Below are positions 1 to 7,849 of a DNA stretch of 31,465 nt, in pieces. Positions within the stretch are counted from its first letter, which is position 1; every line of letters starts with the position of its first letter. The notes under the pieces were generated by a model. That model had not been told where the DNA came from. It searched no databases and worked only from the letters and a program-made list of their open reading frames with translations. Origin of the DNA: Leptospirales bacterium (GTDB lineage: Bacteria; Spirochaetota; Leptospiria; Leptospirales; Leptonemataceae); NCBI GenBank assembly GCA_050305335.1, contig JBNLFC010000001.1, forward strand, positions 1-31,465. The letters run 5' to 3'. The translations under genes were made by a program, and so were the position numbers.

Positions 1-76
1 TGGTGTCCGGTCCCCCGGCCCGCATGGGCCAGGAGAACTTTTTGCCCGCCGGAGTGACCGGACGTGTTGCCCGGCG
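1..76. repeat. 76-bp terminal direct repeat, identical to 31390-31465 (circular closure or terminal redundancy). GC-rich, with a nested hairpin GGCCC-GCAT-GGGCC at 17-30 inside an outer stem GTCCGGTC (5-12) / GACCGGAC (56-63).
   Basis: Exact match of the first and last 76 nt read directly; inverted repeats read directly. Confidence 0.9.
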
Positions 77-89
77 GAAATTGGAATTA

Positions 90-398
90 CTAAAAATCTT
101 CTATAATATCGAGAATCTCGCCAATATGTTTGCAGTTTTTTCCAACGGTTCGTTCGATTACGTCTCGAATGTCATCACCATAATTCTCATCCTCTACATC
201 GATGATCTCGCCGTCATCGCGCTCCTCATATGTGACAACGTGATCAGCGTAGAATTCTGCTCGTACTCGTGTTGTTTTCTGGCTCAAAACCCATGATCCG
301 GCGGCCAGCGCTTCATCTCTCGTCATGATCACATGCACATAATCAGACACGACCTCGACGCCGTTGAATTTCTCTGGTTTTACATATTCGATTAACAT
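90..398 (-). CDS. hypothetical acidic protein (102 aa)
   Basis: ORF with SD GAGGAG 7 nt upstream of ATG; start overlaps the stop of the upstream gene (400-402); shares a 22-nt leader with the 400-750 gene. Confidence 0.5.
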   Translation of the reverse strand: MLIEYVKPEKFNGVEVVSDYVHVIMTRDEALAAGSWVLSQKTTRVRAEFYADHVVTYEERDDGEIIDVEDENYGDDIRDVIERTVGKNCKHIGEILDIIEDF

Positions 399-399
399 G

Positions 400-750
400 T
401 TAGTTCTCCTCTATTTTTTGCGGGATTCCATCGCCCCGGCGGCGGGGCTGGTTCAAATAATAGGCGATTTTACCACACAAGATATTAACGTATCGTATTA
501 CGGGGTCCGATTCTATAGCAATTAATTTGTCTGCATACCTGTCGATGATTAGATCCAATTCAGTCTCTTGCTCTGGACTCACTCCGTCATATTCCGCTGA
601 GTCCCATTCGCGTTGATAGTCACAGAGTATACGAGCGACATCATTTTCTCGATGTACGAGATCGAGCGATTTCGCTACCTGCGAGGGGGTGGCTAAATTC
701 GCGAGGTAGCGAACTAACTCATGACAGATTTGATCTTTAGTTATTTTCAT
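400..750 (-). CDS. hypothetical protein (116 aa)
   Basis: ORF with SD GAGGAG, immediately downstream of a leftward sigma70-like promoter; a GC hairpin (433-448) lies in its 3' end. Confidence 0.5.
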   Translation of the reverse strand: MKITKDQICHELVRYLANLATPSQVAKSLDLVHRENDVARILCDYQREWDSAEYDGVSPEQETELDLIIDRYADKLIAIESDPVIRYVNILCGKIAYYLNQPRRRGDGIPQKIEEN

Positions 751-800
751 CGTTTTATCTCCTCTATTTTTTGCGGGATGCGGTCCCGCTCTCTGTATCT

Positions 801-829
801 ATTATAGGACATGAGGACTCTGGAGTCTA
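801..829 (-). promoter_or_regulatory. leftward sigma70-like promoter: TAGACT (-35, + coords 824-829), 17-bp spacer, TATAAT (-10, + coords 801-806)
   Basis: Perfect -10 hexamer and 4/6 -35 on the minus strand, correctly spaced upstream of the 400-750 gene. Confidence 0.45.
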
Positions 830-883
830 CTATTTTTTATCCATACGAGCAAAAAAAACGGAAAAAAATTGCAAAAATCGGGC

Positions 884-912
884 TTGACAGTCCTCTCTAT
901 ATATAGTAGAGT
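884..912 (+). promoter_or_regulatory. rightward sigma70-like promoter: TTGACA (884-889), 17-bp spacer, TAGAGT (907-912), with an upstream A-tract (851-880)
   Basis: Perfect -35 hexamer, 4/6 -10, A-rich UP-like element; precedes the first rightward gene at 933. Confidence 0.4.
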
Positions 913-932
913 CTCAAAACAGGCAAAAAACG

Positions 933-1157
933 ATGAAAATCCGGAGCACACAGCAGGCGGAGCAGCAATATCAGGAGATCATTGACTATTATGTCTCCTA
1001 CATCCAGCGGGCGGCCCGGGAGGCCGGCGGGATAGGGGCACTATCAGAGGCGCTTGGCAGGGAAAAATCTTATGCTCGGAAAATGATCTCGCGGCGGGCT
1101 ATAATTCCGCTGCGAGAGATAGTGCAGAAATTGGAGCGAGACAGGGGGATGGTGTGA
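933..1157 (+). CDS. small protein (74 aa), possibly an HTH-like DNA-binding protein
   Basis: First gene after the divergent promoter; segment GIGALSEALGREKSYARKMISRR is helix-turn-helix-like; stop overlaps the GTG start of the next gene. Confidence 0.35.
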   Translation: MKIRSTQQAEQQYQEIIDYYVSYIQRAAREAGGIGALSEALGREKSYARKMISRRAIIPLREIVQKLERDRGMV

Positions 1158-1669
1158 GTAAAAAGCCAAAAATAGAATATCTTCCTATCTCCAGTTTAAG
1201 ATCGTTCAAAAGAAATCCTCAGTATATGACAGAGCGGCAAATGACCGCTTTATCTAACTCGATAAAAAAAGATGGATTCGTTTCCCCAGCTCTTGTAAGA
1301 CCAATAAAAAATAACGAGTATGAGATAATTTCAGGTCATCATAGGATCATGGCAGCGCATAGAGCCGGATTAAAGGAAGTGCTGTGCGTAATTGCCTCTC
1401 TCACAGATAATCAGGCGAAGAGGCTGGTGGTCAATCTCAATACTATCCATGGCGAGCCAACCGCTGATCAATTGGCTCCTTTTCTCCTGGATGTGAAAGA
1501 TATTTCTGGCATTTTTCTTTCGGATGATCTTGAAAAGGCGGTTGGGGATATTGAAAACACAATCGCAAAACATATAAAAGAAATGAAAGTAAAAATTAAC
1601 AAACCGAGTAAGCAGGTTCCTAATTGCAAGTGCCCAATATGCGGACAAAAACATATCAAAAAAAAATAG
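1154..1669 (+). CDS. ParB N-terminal (ParB/Srx-like nuclease) domain protein with a C-terminal CxC...CxxC zinc ribbon
   Basis: Motif YEIISGHHRIMAAHRAGL matches the ParB box (yeIIaGerRwrAA..aGl); GTG start with AGGGGGA SD; C-terminal CKCPICGQKH. Confidence 0.75.
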   Translation: MSKKPKIEYLPISSLRSFKRNPQYMTERQMTALSNSIKKDGFVSPALVRPIKNNEYEIISGHHRIMAAHRAGLKEVLCVIASLTDNQAKRLVVNLNTIHGEPTADQLAPFLLDVKDISGIFLSDDLEKAVGDIENTIAKHIKEMKVKINKPSKQVPNCKCPICGQKHIKKK

Positions 1670-2109
1670 AACAATTGAGTGCAAACGATTACTCAATTGC
1701 AAAGGATGTTTTTAACAAAGGCAAGCATCCGGGATTTATTGGAAAGGGCATGCATGAAACAGCCTCCCGTAATGGCGGGGCATTTGCTGTGGTAATTGAT
1801 AAAAAAATAGCAGCCGTCGCCCTGGTAAATATGAGAAAAAATATTCTGACGGCTATCAATGTATTGCCTGAATATAGAAAGTCGGGAATCGGTCAAATGT
1901 TGATGAACTATATATCACCCAATTTCTGTCGAGTAATTGAGCCAGTAATCCCTTGGTTCGAAAAAATGGGATATGTAGTTTCAAGTGATTTTGTGGAAGG
2001 AAATAAATATCGCGTGGTAATTATGAGCATGAAAAATCTTGTCAACCTATCCAGAAAACATAAAATAACATGGGAAGGAGGGACAAAAATTGAAGACCAT
2101 CAGCATTAG
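1639..2109 (+). CDS. GNAT family N-acetyltransferase (frame open from 1624; true start unclear; possible -1 fusion to ParB through the A9 tract at 1658-1666)
   Basis: GNAT motif A YRKSGIGQMLM and typical beta-strand pattern; no convincing SD for an independent start. Confidence 0.65.
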   Translation: MRTKTYQKKIEQLSANDYSIAKDVFNKGKHPGFIGKGMHETASRNGGAFAVVIDKKIAAVALVNMRKNILTAINVLPEYRKSGIGQMLMNYISPNFCRVIEPVIPWFEKMGYVVSSDFVEGNKYRVVIMSMKNLVNLSRKHKITWEGGTKIEDHQH

Positions 2110-2428
2110 ACAGCCCTGGGCATGGGCAATTGTTTCCGGGCATAAACCAATAGAAAATAGAAATTGGGATACAAAATATAGAGGATTGATTCAAATTCAC
2201 GCATCAAAAAAAGATGACCCAGCGGGATATGAATTTCTGTCCAGAATGGGAATTGAGTGCCCGGAGAATCTACCCAGAGGCGGAATTATAGGAAAGGTGG
2301 AAATAGTCGATACAGTCAGAGAATCATCCAGTCCATGGTTTTTTGGAAAAATAGGATTTGTATTGATAAATGCGGTAATGGAAAATTTTAGGCCAGTTCG
2401 CGGCCAGCTTGGTATTTTTGAGGCTTGA
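2090..2428 (+). CDS. ASCH domain protein
   Basis: N-terminal IRQPWAWAI...GHKPIENRNW matches the ASCH GxKxxExR signature; TTG start with GGAGGG SD. Confidence 0.6.
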   Translation: MKTISIRQPWAWAIVSGHKPIENRNWDTKYRGLIQIHASKKDDPAGYEFLSRMGIECPENLPRGGIIGKVEIVDTVRESSSPWFFGKIGFVLINAVMENFRPVRGQLGIFEA

Positions 2429-2850
2429 AAATGGTAAAAAAAAAGGGAAACAGTGACAAAAACACAGACAAAAGACTTTTGAATCTCATTCCTTTTCAGC
2501 CAGGTCAATGCGGAAATCCGAAGGGCCGACCTCGCTTATCCGATGAGGAGAAAAAAGCGAGGCAGCAAGCTCGGCACGAGGTGGTTCGCTACCAGAAATA
2601 CAAAACCATGAGTCTGGATCAGCTCAAAAATTTAGACACAAAAATGCTGCCTGCCGTGGATGTTATTATCATCCGAAAAATTATAGATGACATCAAAAAC
2701 AGTGACACAACTGAATTACATCGGATGTGGTCCAGACAGTTAGGGGCACCTAAAACAGATGGGGAGAATCCGAAAATCGATCTATCAAACAGCAAGGTCG
2801 TTATCAGAATAGCCACAGGACAGACACAGGATAGTGAGGATGGAGGTTGA
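2425..2850 (+). CDS. putative terminase small subunit
   Basis: Basic protein with a GNPKGRP motif common in phage small-terminase/DUF5681 proteins; lies directly upstream of and overlaps the large terminase. Confidence 0.5.
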   Translation: MKMVKKKGNSDKNTDKRLLNLIPFQPGQCGNPKGRPRLSDEEKKARQQARHEVVRYQKYKTMSLDQLKNLDTKMLPAVDVIIIRKIIDDIKNSDTTELHRMWSRQLGAPKTDGENPKIDLSNSKVVIRIATGQTQDSEDGG

Positions 2851-4117
2851 ATTAGATGTTGAGCTCCTTCCGAAACAGGCTGAGTACGTAAACAGCATCT
2901 CGGATATAGCAATCTACCATGGAGGGGTTGGCTCGGGGAAAAGCATTGCTGATGTAGTGCTTGCAATCAAAACCGCAATCGAATGGCCGGGGATTGATAT
3001 TCTGGTAGGAGCTCCTACCTACGGTATGTTGCGGGACACGATCATGCGGGAATTCTCTGAGCGCTGCCCCTCCATCCTCCTGGAAAAATTCACGACAGGG
3101 ATCTACCCGGAAGCGGTATTCATCCCAAATCGCGGACAGCGATCTACAATTCGATTTCGATCATACGACAAACCTGGCAAACCTAAGGGACTGACAATCG
3201 GAATGGCGATACTGGATGAGATTACCGAGATCGAGGAGGATGTCCTGAACGAAATTTTGCGTCGCGTCCGCCAGGCTGGAATGCCGAACTACATCCGGTT
3301 TTCCACAAACCCGGATTCGAAAATGCACTATGTGTACAAGCGCTTCATCGAGCCGGCAGAGATGGGGACCATTCCGATCAATCGATTGCATTCTATCCAC
3401 ACCACCACCTATGACAATTTCCTTCTGCCGGAAAACTACATCAGGCAGATTGAGCAACTCAAGATCACGAACCCGGCAGAATACATGCGAGCCGTCCTCG
3501 GGCTCTGGGGCGATTTCGACGAAAACTCAATCGGAGCATTCGAGATAGTGCCGGCGTTCTCCTCTCCGTATCTCGTCGCCTTTCTCGATACATCATTCTC
3601 TGATTCCACCGTGTCTGATCGTACCGCACTCTCAATTGTCGGTTTCGTCCCGCAATTCGGGCTGGAAAACAAATACTGGCCCATTGAATTCACAGGGAAA
3701 AGCTGGCAGAAGAGCATAACCAACATCGAAGTTATTGTAGACATGCTCAATTTTCTGCACAGGTTCACACCGATCGAAGTCCAGGTAGAGTCTCAACTCG
3801 GGGATTCCACGCAAACATTCATTGACAATTTTCGGAACATGGAACGACAATTGAATCTGAGCCCGAAGAATCATTGGACCGTCCTCCACCAAACGAAAAA
3901 TAAACATGAGCGTATCATGCTGGAGGTGGCGGGGAATAAACCGAGAATGAAAGTTCTTGAGGATACGCCAGCGGATTATCTGAACCCAATTGTGGCCTAC
4001 ACAAAAAAGGCAGAGCATGATGATGAGGCGGATTCACTGGCAGGTGCGATAGAGTTGTGGCGAACCAGTAAGAACTTGCGAGACTATATATTGATGGCGG
4101 AAAGGGGGAAACGATAG
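2834..4117 (+). CDS. terL: terminase large subunit (PBSX/Terminase_6-like)
   Basis: Walker A GGVGSGKS, Walker B ILDEITEI, conserved FSTNPDS coupling motif and a C-terminal RNaseH-like nuclease region; SD GGAGG. Confidence 0.9.
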   Translation: MRMEVELDVELLPKQAEYVNSISDIAIYHGGVGSGKSIADVVLAIKTAIEWPGIDILVGAPTYGMLRDTIMREFSERCPSILLEKFTTGIYPEAVFIPNRGQRSTIRFRSYDKPGKPKGLTIGMAILDEITEIEEDVLNEILRRVRQAGMPNYIRFSTNPDSKMHYVYKRFIEPAEMGTIPINRLHSIHTTTYDNFLLPENYIRQIEQLKITNPAEYMRAVLGLWGDFDENSIGAFEIVPAFSSPYLVAFLDTSFSDSTVSDRTALSIVGFVPQFGLENKYWPIEFTGKSWQKSITNIEVIVDMLNFLHRFTPIEVQVESQLGDSTQTFIDNFRNMERQLNLSPKNHWTVLHQTKNKHERIMLEVAGNKPRMKVLEDTPADYLNPIVAYTKKAEHDDEADSLAGAIELWRTSKNLRDYILMAERGKR

Positions 4118-4287
4118 TGGGCATATCTCCTGAATTTATTGAATGGCTGAGGGAAAACGGCATAGAGGGAGCTCTGGAGTGGCTATATGATATGGCGAGA
4201 ACGACTCCTTATAAGAGTATGCAGGCAGACTCACTGGCGAAAGCTATGATCATTGAGAGTATGATTGAGGTAAAAAATGAGCGATAA
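4117..4287 (+). CDS. small ORF (56 aa) not in the ORF track
   Basis: GTG start overlapping the terL stop (taGTG), AAGGGGGA SD 8 nt upstream, fills an otherwise non-coding 160-bp gap. Hand-translated, no internal stops. Confidence 0.3.
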   Translation: MGISPEFIEWLRENGIEGALEWLYDMARTTPYKSMQADSLAKAMIIESMIEVKNER

Positions 4288-4462
4288 AGAAAAACTTATT
4301 GAATTACTTACTTCATTCGGAATAAAATTTGAAGATGAGGGATCTCATGTTAAAATCAGTGCCGATGGCGAATGTGAAAAGATAGATGGATATTTTTATT
4401 TTTATACTATATTTGAATTTAGCGAAGAGGGAAATTTTGTCCAGATAGGAATATGGGAATGA
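4277..4462 (+). CDS. hypothetical protein (61 aa)
   Basis: ORF with ATG; overlaps the next gene start. Confidence 0.35.
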   Translation: MSDKEKLIELLTSFGIKFEDEGSHVKISADGECEKIDGYFYFYTIFEFSEEGNFVQIGIWE

Positions 4463-4899
4463 AATCTCTACGCTTCGGAGTTCATCCGATCAAATCGCGC
4501 CGAAAAAATAAAAACGGACAGACATCTAAAACAGATCCTCCAGATCTGGGAGAAGTGGCTATCTGGAACGAATACGGTACCGCTACCATCCCGCCTCGCC
4601 CGGCATTCAGGATGGGACTTGAGGCAGCAGTTAAAAAGCACAAAAAACTACTCGACGCGCAGCTCAAAAACATTGCACAACTGGTATTGACAGGCAGACA
4701 TATAGATATAGATCGTAACCTGACAGTGTTATTGACACAGATAGGAAGATCTGCTAAAAAAGAAACTCAGGACATTATTCGCGCGGGATCAACTACTCCG
4801 AATGCGCCATCAACTATTGCGCGGAAAGGGTTTGACCACCCGCTTTATGAGGAGGGAGTATTGCTGGAAAATGTTGACTATGAGGTGATAGACGAATGA
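4453..4899 (+). CDS. HK97 gp10-like protein
   Basis: Motif YGTATIPPRPAFRMGLE resembles the HK97-gp10 family signature GT..IPARPF. Confidence 0.45.
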   Translation: MGMKSLRFGVHPIKSRRKNKNGQTSKTDPPDLGEVAIWNEYGTATIPPRPAFRMGLEAAVKKHKKLLDAQLKNIAQLVLTGRHIDIDRNLTVLLTQIGRSAKKETQDIIRAGSTTPNAPSTIARKGFDHPLYEEGVLLENVDYEVIDE

Positions 4900-5105
4900 A
4901 AAGTTGTAATTGTCATCTGCCATATAGCAATCCAGAGGCATGCAAATATTGCCCAAATGGATTGCTGACACATCCAGATCCGGTTTTTTTTGTTTCAAAA
5001 CTTCCCATAAAAAGAATAACAGAACGCTATTATCCAGATGGAAAGTTGAAAGAAAGAATTACTGAAATCATTGAAGAAGATGAATATAAGGTAAAACAAA
5101 CATGA
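4896..5105 (+). CDS. small Cys-rich (zinc-ribbon-like) protein
   Basis: CNCH...CKYCPNG arrangement; translationally coupled (ATGA overlaps) on both sides. Confidence 0.4.
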   Translation: MKSCNCHLPYSNPEACKYCPNGLLTHPDPVFFVSKLPIKRITERYYPDGKLKERITEIIEEDEYKVKQT

Positions 5106-7138
5106 GTACAGAATATAATCTTCACCAGCTATTATCCGCAATCCAGGTGCTCAAAGATCTTCCGGTCATGAAGCTGGCCGAAAACAAAACCCTTGTGAGA
5201 GAGATTCAATCTGTAATTTCCGGGCGGAACATCAATGGAATAATTGAATCAATGCAGCGAGATTACAGGTTGGAGCAGGACGCGGCCTTCAACACGCCAA
5301 AAAATTCATCATCCATAGGCATGGATTCTCCTGAGTTCCACCATCTCTATGCAAAATACCGGGGAGCTGCTCACAATGTGCTATCAGAGAAAGCGGGTAA
5401 ATCATTCACGCAACCGATCTCTATGTCCGGGGCAGTGGCATTTAATGCTCTTTCCGAAAACCCTATGTTCTCGAAATCTATTCTGGAATTACCAGAGGCG
5501 AAACGATTTAAGGAAGCGTTCAATTCCATCTACTCAGATCATGCTCTCCAGATCCGCACCGCCAACGATCCGACAACCATTTCGTCATTCATCGATTACA
5601 GCCCGTACATCTGGAATTACATCTATTATCTATCCATTCCAACCCTGGCACAGACAATTGATCTCTCTATTCAGATCGCAACCAGGCAACCACCACGGAT
5701 AGAGATGGAGGATAAAGAGCTCAAAAAGCAAATCGAAACCGTCCTGAAAAGAACCCGGTTTACCGAGAAGCTCCAGAAAATGCTTTTATACTCTCATCTT
5801 TCGCCGCGCGGCTCTCTCATCGTTCCGATTCAGGATGATGACGGAACCATCCGATTCAACATATTCAACGACACTCAGTTCACATATGCCACATCCTATC
5901 AGTACAGCCGGATTGATTTCCGGGAAAACATGACCGGCGTTTCCTCTCTTTACGTTCTCGGGCACCTGCTACAGAACGAGGTCACCGCTCATTTTCTCTG
6001 CCCGGGATTCGAGCCGATTTATGCCATCGGGAAAAATCGATTGTACCAACTCAAAGACGCGGCGGAAGCTGTGAATATCTATCTCTATACCATCAAGGTC
6101 CTAGCAATCCGGGCCCAGGTAATGGTGCAGAGTTGGGGAGGAGAGGGGCAGAATGATACTCTTCTGAGGATGATGCAAAATCAGACCGATGACATCAATT
6201 CTAAACTCTCGCTGAATACTGCCGTCAAACTACCGCAGGATGCAAAGTTGGACATCCTGAATAGCAATTTCACTCCTGGATTCGCAGAGGTCAGCACAAT
6301 CGTAAAAGAATATCAGGGGATGCTTTCCGGAATCATGGCGGACTATTTCTATGGATCAGATACAGCCTATGCGGCGAATACGTTCAACATTCATGCGACT
6401 CACCAGAATATCCGATCACAGGTTCAGGAGGCGCAGGTCGAGCCCATCTACCGGTTCGTGATCAACAAATATCTGGAAATGGATTCGAGATTCGAGAAAT
6501 GGCGAAAATACCGGGATGAATTCGACATTTATTTCGAGTCTCTTTATGAGCCGACAGAGACCGAAAAGATAGAAAACGATGCGAAAAAAATCAACAACAT
6601 TGTGACTATGGCGGGATATCCGGAACTCCAGAGGATCTTCAAGGAATCTGACGTAATGAACGATGAATGGGAGTTTCCGGAGATAGAAAGGCCTTCTGCA
6701 TTCCCGGCAGCAGAGGAAGAGGAATCATCCGGGTCTGAGGCAAAAAACAGCACCTTTATACAGACAATTGATCCGAAAAAAATCATGCCACTACATGAGG
6801 TGCGATATGAGCCTAAACTCATGCGCCTGATGAAGCGGATGGAGGAATTCGGTTGGCAGGGAGACCCATTGATCGTTATTGACAGGGCGGCAAACATGAC
6901 TCAGGGAATCACCGGGACTCATCGGATTCAGGCGGCGCAGGCTGTGGGAATTGAAATGCCGGTGGTAAAAATTCCATCAACGGAGATCACAGAGAAATTG
7001 ACCACCGGGAAAGACGAACACAGATTGAAGATCATCGAAAGCCAGGAGTTTGCGGATTCGGTCGGACATGTTGAGCTGATTGATTTGTGCCGGAGGATCA
7101 TGCGGGCTGAAGTGAAAAAAAACGGGGATGGTTGGTGA
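5102..7138 (+). CDS. putative portal protein with a C-terminal ParB-like domain (aa ~562-678, nt ~6785-7135)
   Basis: Position immediately after the terminase genes and its size; C-terminal PLIVIDRAANMTQGITGTHRIQAAQAVGIEMPVVKI matches the ParB box; acidic linker EEEESSGSE precedes the domain. Confidence 0.55.
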   Translation: MSTEYNLHQLLSAIQVLKDLPVMKLAENKTLVREIQSVISGRNINGIIESMQRDYRLEQDAAFNTPKNSSSIGMDSPEFHHLYAKYRGAAHNVLSEKAGKSFTQPISMSGAVAFNALSENPMFSKSILELPEAKRFKEAFNSIYSDHALQIRTANDPTTISSFIDYSPYIWNYIYYLSIPTLAQTIDLSIQIATRQPPRIEMEDKELKKQIETVLKRTRFTEKLQKMLLYSHLSPRGSLIVPIQDDDGTIRFNIFNDTQFTYATSYQYSRIDFRENMTGVSSLYVLGHLLQNEVTAHFLCPGFEPIYAIGKNRLYQLKDAAEAVNIYLYTIKVLAIRAQVMVQSWGGEGQNDTLLRMMQNQTDDINSKLSLNTAVKLPQDAKLDILNSNFTPGFAEVSTIVKEYQGMLSGIMADYFYGSDTAYAANTFNIHATHQNIRSQVQEAQVEPIYRFVINKYLEMDSRFEKWRKYRDEFDIYFESLYEPTETEKIENDAKKINNIVTMAGYPELQRIFKESDVMNDEWEFPEIERPSAFPAAEEEESSGSEAKNSTFIQTIDPKKIMPLHEVRYEPKLMRLMKRMEEFGWQGDPLIVIDRAANMTQGITGTHRIQAAQAVGIEMPVVKIPSTEITEKLTTGKDEHRLKIIESQEFADSVGHVELIDLCRRIMRAEVKKNGDGW

Positions 7139-7842
7139 TAAATATTTTTAAACATTTATCGCCTGCCTATTCTCGCATATTGCGAGAGTTTGCAATCAAA
7201 GTCTGGTACGGAAGAGGGGACACGAGAGAGTTTTATGAGAGTGCGGCCCGATACAAGAAACGCTATGAAAATGAGCTCATGGCATTTTACAGGAAAAAGG
7301 GCTGGCCATTCCGCCCGGAGGAAATCAGAACACTCGCCGATGCATGGCTGGCAGATCAACTCACTGTTGCGGATCGGGTCAACTCAGTAGCGGCGGAAAA
7401 AAAAGATGGACTTTTAGTAGAACTTGATAAACTTGTCGAGGAGAAGCGCGGAGAAGTTCGCGATCTACTCTCAGGGGTAAAAAAACCAGAGGGCAGAGTA
7501 GTGAGTGTGGTTGCATTCTCGAATAATTTCGAGGCGAAGGCCATCCAGATGGGAGACGATGCCGCATTCGATCTGGCAACTGAGATCAACGATCATGTTG
7601 TGAAGGGGATGACGGACCGATACGACTGGAATACTCAAGAGGATTCGGCGGTAAGGGTAACGCATCGAATGTTGAATAAAAAAACTTTCTCTTACGATAA
7701 TCCGCCGACAACGATCGATCAATATGGACGGAGACACACGGGTAATTGTGGGACTGATTGGGGATGCAGATGTTTTGCGACCCCGTCATATCGAAAACCG
7801 CTTCTGAATTATGTGGCAGATGCGAGACGGAAAAGAGCATAG
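7132..7842 (+). CDS. putative head morphogenesis / minor head protein
   Basis: Synteny only (the gene after the portal, as in SPP1 gp7 / Mu F arrangements); C-terminal Cys cluster CGTDWGCRC. Confidence 0.3.
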   Translation: MVINIFKHLSPAYSRILREFAIKVWYGRGDTREFYESAARYKKRYENELMAFYRKKGWPFRPEEIRTLADAWLADQLTVADRVNSVAAEKKDGLLVELDKLVEEKRGEVRDLLSGVKKPEGRVVSVVAFSNNFEAKAIQMGDDAAFDLATEINDHVVKGMTDRYDWNTQEDSAVRVTHRMLNKKTFSYDNPPTTIDQYGRRHTGNCGTDWGCRCFATPSYRKPLLNYVADARRKRA

Positions 7843-7849
7843 CTGAAGA

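Noticed and set aside
3-296. 97-aa + strand ORF at the left end
   Set aside because: It begins inside the GC-rich terminal repeat with no SD, has a low-complexity translation, and is antisense to the better-supported minus-strand gene 90-398.
432-448. GC hairpin at 433-448 as a transcription terminator
   Set aside because: It lies inside the 3' coding end of the 400-750 gene, is followed by an A-tract rather than a U-tract on the transcribed strand, and sits immediately before the next coupled gene. It more likely belongs to the conserved leader element.
1370-1702. Antisense or nested shadow ORFs inside the long genes (e.g. 1370-1702, 3161-3457, 3632-4018, 6544-6897, 8629-9087, 10032-10670, 10809-11327, 19501-19833, 23707-23958, 24024-24437)
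   Set aside because: Each lies wholly within a longer, motif-supported ORF on the opposite strand or in another frame, lacks an SD, and has a biased or low-complexity translation.
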